DNA of 64,000 nucleotides from Escherichia coli (GTDB lineage Bacteria; Pseudomonadota; Gammaproteobacteria; Enterobacterales; Enterobacteriaceae): NCBI RefSeq assembly GCF_022846255.1, contig NZ_AP025682.1; one strand, 5' to 3'. Shown piece by piece: positions 57,885 to 64,000 of this stretch (position 1 is its first letter; each line of letters starts with the position of its first letter). The notes under the pieces were generated by a model. It saw only the letters and a program-made list of their open reading frames with translations, ran no database searches and was not told where the DNA came from. The position numbers and the translations under genes were made by a program.

Positions 57885-60176
57885 TTGTCAGAACTACTCT
57901 CTTTCGCCCTTTTTCTCGCCTCTGTGCTGATTTACGCATGGAAAGCGGGACGTAACACCTGGTGGTTTGCAGCCACGTTAACGGTGCTGGGGCTATTTGT
58001 CGTTTTAAATATCACCCTGTTTGCCAGCGACTATTTTACTGGCGATGGTATTAACGACGCGGTTCTCTATACCTTAACCAACAGCCTGACCGGTGCTGGC
58101 GTCAGCAAATACATTCTGCCGGGTATCGGCATTGTGCTGGGGCTGACAGCGGTGTTCGGTGCGCTGGGCTGGATCCTGCGCCGTCGTCGTCATCATCCGC
58201 ACCATTTTGGTTACAGCCTGCTGGCACTCTTACTGGCGCTGGGTTCAGTGGATGCCAGCCCGGCATTTCGTCAGATAACGGAACTGGTGAAATCCCAGTC
58301 ACGCGACGGCGACCCGGACTTTGCGGCTTATTATAAAGAGCCGTCGAAAACTATCCCTGACCCGAAACTCAACCTGGTTTATATCTACGGCGAAAGTCTC
58401 GAGCGAACCTATTTTGATAACGAAGCTTTCCCGGATCTCACGCCTGAACTGGGCGCGTTGAAAAATGAAGGCCTGGATTTCAGCCACACGCAGCAGCTGC
58501 CAGGAACGGATTACACGATTGCGGGCATGGTGGCTTCTCAGTGCGGCATACCGCTGTTTGCCCCCTTTGAAGGCAACGCCTCCGCCTCTGTCTCCAGCTT
58601 CTTCCCGCAGAACATCTGTCTGGGCGATATCCTGAAAAACTCGGGTTATCAGAACTATTTCGTGCAGGGCGCGAATCTGCGTTTTGCCGGTAAAGATGTG
58701 TTCCTGAAATCGCACGGCTTCGACCACTTATTCGGCTCAGAAGAGCTGAAAAGCGTGGTGGCCGACCCGCACTATCGCAACGACTGGGGATTCTACGACG
58801 ATACCGTTCTCGATGAAGCGTGGAAAAAGTTTGAAGAGCTTTCCCGCTCAGGTCAGCGATTCTCACTGTTTACCCTGACAGTCGATACCCATCACCCGGA
58901 TGGTTTTATCTCGCGTACCTGTAACCGCAAAAAATATGATTTTGACGGTAAGCCGAATCAGTCATTCAGCGCGGTAAGTTGCAGTCAGGAGAATATCGCG
59001 ACGTTTATCAACAAAATCAAAGCGTCACCGTGGTTTAAAGATACCGTCATCGTCGTCTCTTCTGACCATTTAGCGATGAACAACACGGCGTGGAAATACC
59101 TCAATAAACAGGATCGCAATAACCTGTTTTTTGTCATCCGTGGCGACAAGCCGCAGCAAGAGACGCTGGCGGTGAAGCGTAACACGATGGATAACGGCGC
59201 GACGGTGCTGGACATTCTCGGTGGCGATAACTATCTCGGACTTGGTCGTAGCAGTTTATCCGGGCAGTCGATGTCGGAAATCTTCCTCAATATCAAAGAG
59301 AAAACATTGGCGTGGAAGCCGGATATCATCCGCCTGTGGAAATTCCCTAAAGAGATGAAAGAGTTCACCATCGACCAGCAGAAAAACATGATTGCCTTCT
59401 CGGGTAGCCATTTCCGTTTGCCGCTGCTGTTGCGGGTTTCAGACAAGCGCGTAGAACCGCTGCCGGAAAGTGAATACTCAGCACCGCTGCGTTTCCAGCT
59501 GGCCGATTTCGCTCCACGCGACAATTTCGTCTGGGTTGACCGTTGCTATAAGATGGCACAACTCTGGGCTCCGGAACTGGCACTTTCCACCGACTGGTGT
59601 GTCTCGCAAGGGCAGCTTGGCGGTCAGCAAATTGTCCAGCATGTTGACAAAACAACATGGAAGGGCAAAACGGCATTTAAAGATACGGTCATCGACATGG
59701 CGCGTTACAAAGGCAATGTCGATACGCTGAAGATTGTTGATAACGATATTCGCTACAAAGCCGACAGTTTCATCTTTAACGTCGCCGGTGCGCCAGAAGA
59801 GGTGAAACAGTTTAGCGGAATTTCCCGTCCGGAGTCGTGGGGCCGCTGGTCCAACGCTCAGCTGGGCGATGAAGTAAAAATCGAGTACAAGCACCCGCTG
59901 CCGAAGAAATTTGACCTGGTGATTACCGCCAAAGCATACGGCAATAACGCCAGCCGTCCTATTCCGGTACGCGTAGGCAATGAAGAACAAACTCTTGTGC
60001 TGGGCAATGAAGTGACCACCACCACGCTGCATTTCGATAACCCAACCGATGCCAACACGCTGGTAATTGTGCCGCCGGAACCTGTCTCAACCAACGAAGG
60101 GAATATCCTCGGACACTCGCCGCGTAAGCTCGGGATCGGCATGGTGGAAATTAAAGTGGTGGAACGTGAAGGGTAA
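57885..60176 (+). CDS. opgB: Phosphoglycerol transferase I OpgB (MdoB)
   Basis: 763 aa with N-terminal TM segments and sulfatase-like domain; TTG start. Confidence 0.95.
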   Translation: MSELLSFALFLASVLIYAWKAGRNTWWFAATLTVLGLFVVLNITLFASDYFTGDGINDAVLYTLTNSLTGAGVSKYILPGIGIVLGLTAVFGALGWILRRRRHHPHHFGYSLLALLLALGSVDASPAFRQITELVKSQSRDGDPDFAAYYKEPSKTIPDPKLNLVYIYGESLERTYFDNEAFPDLTPELGALKNEGLDFSHTQQLPGTDYTIAGMVASQCGIPLFAPFEGNASASVSSFFPQNICLGDILKNSGYQNYFVQGANLRFAGKDVFLKSHGFDHLFGSEELKSVVADPHYRNDWGFYDDTVLDEAWKKFEELSRSGQRFSLFTLTVDTHHPDGFISRTCNRKKYDFDGKPNQSFSAVSCSQENIATFINKIKASPWFKDTVIVVSSDHLAMNNTAWKYLNKQDRNNLFFVIRGDKPQQETLAVKRNTMDNGATVLDILGGDNYLGLGRSSLSGQSMSEIFLNIKEKTLAWKPDIIRLWKFPKEMKEFTIDQQKNMIAFSGSHFRLPLLLRVSDKRVEPLPESEYSAPLRFQLADFAPRDNFVWVDRCYKMAQLWAPELALSTDWCVSQGQLGGQQIVQHVDKTTWKGKTAFKDTVIDMARYKGNVDTLKIVDNDIRYKADSFIFNVAGAPEEVKQFSGISRPESWGRWSNAQLGDEVKIEYKHPLPKKFDLVITAKAYGNNASRPIPVRVGNEEQTLVLGNEVTTTTLHFDNPTDANTLVIVPPEPVSTNEGNILGHSPRKLGIGMVEIKVVEREG

Positions 60177-60313
60177 TTCCTGACTGATTTGTAGGTCGCA
60201 TAAGGTGCGACCTACACACCTTCTCCGGCTCACAACACATTATTAAGAAACAAAAAAAACAGCGCCCAACACTTCCCCGGACGCTGCATGGCAACTTGAA
60301 TAATCTCGCCTTA

Positions 60314-61336
60314 TCAGAAAGTAATTACGCCCTTAATCAACTCACGATTGTTAATCACATCGCGCTCGTAGGTTTCTGCCAGTGTGGCGAACGGATAGCG
60401 GTGGGTTAACATCATGTCGGCAGTGATTTTCCCTTCCGCCATCAGTCGACCGACTTTAGCGAAATCTTCCGGCGTGGCGTTGCGGCTGCCCATCATCGTC
60501 GTTTCTTTTTTATGGAATTCCGGATCGGAGAACTGCAACTCACCTTTAAACAGGCCGACAAGTACCACCGTGCCGCCGTGACGAATCAGATTTACGGTGT
60601 TATTCATCGCATGTTGATTACCTGTCGCGTCGATCACTTTCTGCGCCAGCGAACCACCAAACTGCGCCCGCAGCTGCGCGTCAAAATCTTCGGCTGACGG
60701 GTCCAGCACGGGCAACTCCAGACGCGTTGCCACATGTTCACGACGCGCCGGACTGGTATCCGCCACCACCACCTGCGCGCCATCGGCTTTAGCGATTGCC
60801 GCCGCGCCCAGACCGATTGGCCCCGCCCCGACCACCAGCACCTGCTCGCCGGGAGCAATGGCTGCACGACGCACCGCATGAGCGCTAATAGCGAAAGGTT
60901 CAATCAATGCTGCCGCCTGCGGGTCAATACCGTCTGTGGGCAAAATGTTCGCCACCGGCACGCTCAAATACTCACTAAAACCGCCATCCTGATGCACGCC
61001 AATGACTGAAATTTTTTCACAGCAATTGGTACGACCGCTTTTACACGCCGGGCATTGCTGACAAGAAATATACGGAATTACCGCAACTTGCTGTCCGATA
61101 TTAAAATTGTGAATGTTTTTTCCTGATTCAATAATCTCCCCACATATTTCATGGCCTAAAACGCGTGGATAACTGAAAAATGGCTGATTGCCCGCCCAGG
61201 CATGAATATCTGTACCGCAAATCCCGACAGTTTTAATTTTAATTAATGCTTCATTATCGCCTGGCACCGGTCTTTCCCGGACTTCCCATACTAAATTCTT
61301 TATTTCCTGACAAATTAATACTTTCATTGTGGACAT
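60314..61336 (-). CDS. lgoD: L-galactonate-5-dehydrogenase LgoD (YjjN), Zn-dependent MDR family
   Basis: 340 aa with GHEICGEI zinc motif and GAGPIGLGAA Rossmann motif. Confidence 0.9.
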   Translation of the reverse strand: MSTMKVLICQEIKNLVWEVRERPVPGDNEALIKIKTVGICGTDIHAWAGNQPFFSYPRVLGHEICGEIIESGKNIHNFNIGQQVAVIPYISCQQCPACKSGRTNCCEKISVIGVHQDGGFSEYLSVPVANILPTDGIDPQAAALIEPFAISAHAVRRAAIAPGEQVLVVGAGPIGLGAAAIAKADGAQVVVADTSPARREHVATRLELPVLDPSAEDFDAQLRAQFGGSLAQKVIDATGNQHAMNNTVNLIRHGGTVVLVGLFKGELQFSDPEFHKKETTMMGSRNATPEDFAKVGRLMAEGKITADMMLTHRYPFATLAETYERDVINNRELIKGVITF

Positions 61337-61474
61337 GATTCACCGCTCCTTTTATTTTATGACTTTCAGATATCGTCGAATTTATAAGAGCGCCTGAATT
61401 TACCCATAAAATATGCGGATGATCGCGCATAAAAATGTTTTAAATCGGCTTTTAATGCCGGACTGGAGGGAAGA

Positions 61475-62380
61475 ATGAGTCGTTCGCAGAATTTACGTCA
61501 TAGCGTCATAAATCAGGTGATTGAAGATATGGCGAGGGGCAATATTCCTTCTCCGCTGCCTTCACAAAGCGGACTGGCAGAAATGTATAACATCAGTCGC
61601 ACTACGGTACGCCACATACTCCAGCATTTAAGCGCATGTGGCGTGCTCACCCTAGTGGGGAAAAATTATGTTATCGCCCGCAAACCCGAACAGAACGATG
61701 GATTTGATTGCATCACGGCCTCGCTGAAAGAGCAAAACCGTCTTTTCGAGCAGGCATTTTTCACCATGATTAACCTGCGCCAGTTACGCGCCGGAGAAAG
61801 CTTTTCCGAACTTCAGCTGGCGCGAGCGGCAAGCGTCAGTCCGGTAGTGGTACGAGAATATCTTTTGAAATTCGGTCGTTATAATCTTATTCAAAGCGAA
61901 AAGCGCGGCCAATGGAGCATGAAGCAGTTCGATCAATCCTACGCCGAGCAGCTGTTTGAGCTACGCGAAATGCTCGAAACACATTCCCTGCAACACTTTC
62001 TCAACCTTCCCGATGATGACCCTCGCTGGCTGCAAGCAAAAACCATGCTCGAACGCCACCGGACGCTGCGCGACAGCATTGGCAGCAACTTTCGAATGTT
62101 TTCTCAATTAGACCGTGATTTTCATGCCATGCTGTTATCCGCTGCTGACAACATCTTTTTTAATCAATCACTTGAAATTATATCGGTGATCTTTCATTTT
62201 CACTATCAATGGGATGAAAGCGATCTCAAACAGCGCAATATCATTGCTGTTGATGAACATATGACCATTCTCAGCGCCCTGATTTGCCGTAGCGATTTAG
62301 ATGCAATAACGGCGTTGCGAAACCATCTGGATACCGCCAAACAATCAATGATTCGTTCCATCAGGCAACATCACCGATAA
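61475..62380 (+). CDS. lgoR: GntR-family transcriptional regulator LgoR (YjjM)
   Basis: 301 aa with N-terminal GntR-type HTH (LAEMYNISRTTVRHIL); divergent from lgoD. Confidence 0.85.
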   Translation: MSRSQNLRHSVINQVIEDMARGNIPSPLPSQSGLAEMYNISRTTVRHILQHLSACGVLTLVGKNYVIARKPEQNDGFDCITASLKEQNRLFEQAFFTMINLRQLRAGESFSELQLARAASVSPVVVREYLLKFGRYNLIQSEKRGQWSMKQFDQSYAEQLFELREMLETHSLQHFLNLPDDDPRWLQAKTMLERHRTLRDSIGSNFRMFSQLDRDFHAMLLSAADNIFFNQSLEIISVIFHFHYQWDESDLKQRNIIAVDEHMTILSALICRSDLDAITALRNHLDTAKQSMIRSIRQHHR

Positions 62381-62550
62381 ATTAAGTACAGATTAAAAAC
62401 ATTGATTCTTGGTTTATATCACTATGTTGTATTAATGCAGTATTAATCCAGGCGATTGTTCTGCCCATAAGGAAATACATAGGGAATAAACGATGCTGGA
62501 AGTATTACTCTCAGCCATCATTTAACTCCCTATTACTGACAGCGATAAAA

Positions 62551-64000
62551 TTATCGGCTATCCATGATTAACGTTTCCAGCACATCTAATTCACTGACTA
62601 TTTTTGCCAGTGTTTCATCACTGACTTCTTGCCTTGCGCGCATCTGGTAAATAGCCGCGCGTTTGGCATTTAACGCCGCCAGATTAAATGTTCTTTCCAG
62701 CTTCGCACGCTGCATATGCAGGGAATTATCATTAGGCGACATATCCTCTTCACTATGTCGCATATAACCGATAACTCTGGCCCCCGTTTCCATAATCAAC
62801 TCGTTATCGAGGTTTTCTGTTCTGGCGCGCAGCAAACGTTGCTCGGTCTTTTGCACACTCAGTATGGCCATTTTAGCCATAAACAGATCGGCAGCTTCCT
62901 CTTCTTTTTGTCGGTTATCGCTGAAAATCCCCACATTTTTCCCCAGTAATAACGGCAGAATAATAATGCCGCAAACCAGCGAAAAGAGGATCACACCTGT
63001 GGCGAGAAATACCAGCAAGTAACGCCCGGGAAAAGGTGTGCCATCCGGCAGCAATAACGGGATAGAAAGCACCCCCGCAAGCGTGATAGCTCCGCGCACC
63101 CCCGCAAAGGTCGCCAGCAGCATATGACGCGTTTTATATCCAGCAAACAGCATCGGATGTTTGCCGGGTCGTTTACGGCTATACAGACGCATCAGCCAAA
63201 GCCAGCCCAGGCGCACAACCATTAACGCCAGGTAGATCCAAATGACATCAAGGAGCAGCGATCCGGTGTCCACCAGTGGATCGTTTTCTGCACGGATCAG
63301 TGATTCCGAAATAATGCCCGGCAGTTGTAAGCCTAAAATCAGAAACACCATGCCGTTAAAGACATATTCAAGCATCGACCAGCTACTTTTAGCTTTAATT
63401 CTCAGGCGAATAGGCGCGCGGTGGACTACGCCAATGCGACTGGTTGTTAACCCCGCGGCGACAGCGGCAAGAATGCCAGATAAGCCAAAATGTTCCGCAA
63501 CCAGATAAACAATAAACGGCAACAGAAGCATCAATACAATCTGAATGGAAGGTTCATCGTGAGCATATCGGCTGATCAACAGCAGCCCTTTACCATATAA
63601 CCAGGTAACAGCGATCCCCACGGCAATACCGCCCAACGCAACGACAAAAAACGCAATGGTTGCGCCATGAACGCTGAATTCCATCGTTCCCATCGTCACT
63701 GCAACAGCAAATTTCAACGCCACCAGGCCGGAAGCATCATTCATCAACGCTTCGCCTTCGAGCACTTCCTGGATGTTTTTGCTGATACGCCCTTTCCCGA
63801 CAATCCCCAGCAACGCCACGGCATCGGTAGGCGACAACACGGCGGCTAATGCGAAAACAGCGATGAGCGGCACATTCGGTAAGAGTAAATGAATCACATA
63901 GCCGACACCAAAAATAGTGATTAGTACCAACACAAGTGCCAGGCTGATAATTTCCCGGCTGTGCTTGATCAATTCTTTAGGTTGTATTTTTGAACTTTCA
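62551..64000 (-). CDS. Partial CDS (C-terminal ~480 aa; start beyond window end): CPA1-family Na+(K+)/H+ antiporter (NhaP/YjcE-like)
   Basis: Minus-strand frame is open to the window edge. Polytopic membrane protein with exchanger-like segment EGEALMNDASGLVALKFAVAV and a charged, probably cytoplasmic C-terminal tail of about 100 aa. Confidence 0.75.
   Translation of the reverse strand, partial: ESSKIQPKELIKHSREIISLALVLVLITIFGVGYVIHLLLPNVPLIAVFALAAVLSPTDAVALLGIVGKGRISKNIQEVLEGEALMNDASGLVALKFAVAVTMGTMEFSVHGATIAFFVVALGGIAVGIAVTWLYGKGLLLISRYAHDEPSIQIVLMLLLPFIVYLVAEHFGLSGILAAVAAGLTTSRIGVVHRAPIRLRIKAKSSWSMLEYVFNGMVFLILGLQLPGIISESLIRAENDPLVDTGSLLLDVIWIYLALMVVRLGWLWLMRLYSRKRPGKHPMLFAGYKTRHMLLATFAGVRGAITLAGVLSIPLLLPDGTPFPGRYLLVFLATGVILFSLVCGIIILPLLLGKNVGIFSDNRQKEEEAADLFMAKMAILSVQKTEQRLLRARTENLDNELIMETGARVIGYMRHSEEDMSPNDNSLHMQRAKLERTFNLAALNAKRAAIYQMRARQEVSDETLAKIVSELDVLETLIMDSR

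Noticed and set aside
62480-62515. 10-codon plus-strand mini-ORF (MLEVLLSAII) between lgoR and the antiporter gene, considered as a possible leader peptide
   Set aside because: Too short, no conserved context and no downstream gene on that strand to regulate; most likely chance.

Overview
This window is an Escherichia coli-type chromosomal segment in reverse-complement orientation relative to the K-12 MG1655 map, and it spans the conventional coordinate origin (the thr leader region). I identified genes by reading the six-frame translations and recognising the proteins from memory; no database search was possible, so product names are recognition-based and any 1-3 bp differences from K-12 are unverifiable. 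Left to right: a partial Tsx-like outer-membrane gene, hokC/mokC/sokC, dnaJ-dnaK, yaaI, yaaW, satP, mog, talB, yaaJ, yaaA, yaaX, thrCBA-thrL, lasT, yjjY, arcA, creDCBA, rob, gpmB, yjjX, trpR, slt, ettA, a HigB2/HigA2-like toxin-antitoxin pair, nadR, radA, serB, ytjB, lplA, a short HTH ORF, deoDBAC, yjjI-yjjW, a REP/BIME cluster, yjjV, yjjU, ytjA, osmY, prfC, yjjG, rimI, holD, rsmC, three tRNA-Leu(CAG) genes, yjjZ, fhuF, bglJ, yjjQ, yjjP, yjjB, dnaT, dnaC, yjjA, opgB, lgoD, lgoR and a partial CPA1-type cation/proton antiporter. Most of this is conserved core genome. Four AT-rich loci differ from what I recall of K-12: the Tsx-like gene at the left edge, the toxin-antitoxin cassette between ettA and nadR, the short HTH ORF where yjjJ should be, and the antiporter where lgoT should be. 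There is also an unoccupied IS186-type target site where K-12 carries IS186. I found no CRISPR array, no intact IS element or prophage, and no convincing new multi-gene system; the toxin-antitoxin cassette and the yjjJ-locus replacement are the most interesting items.
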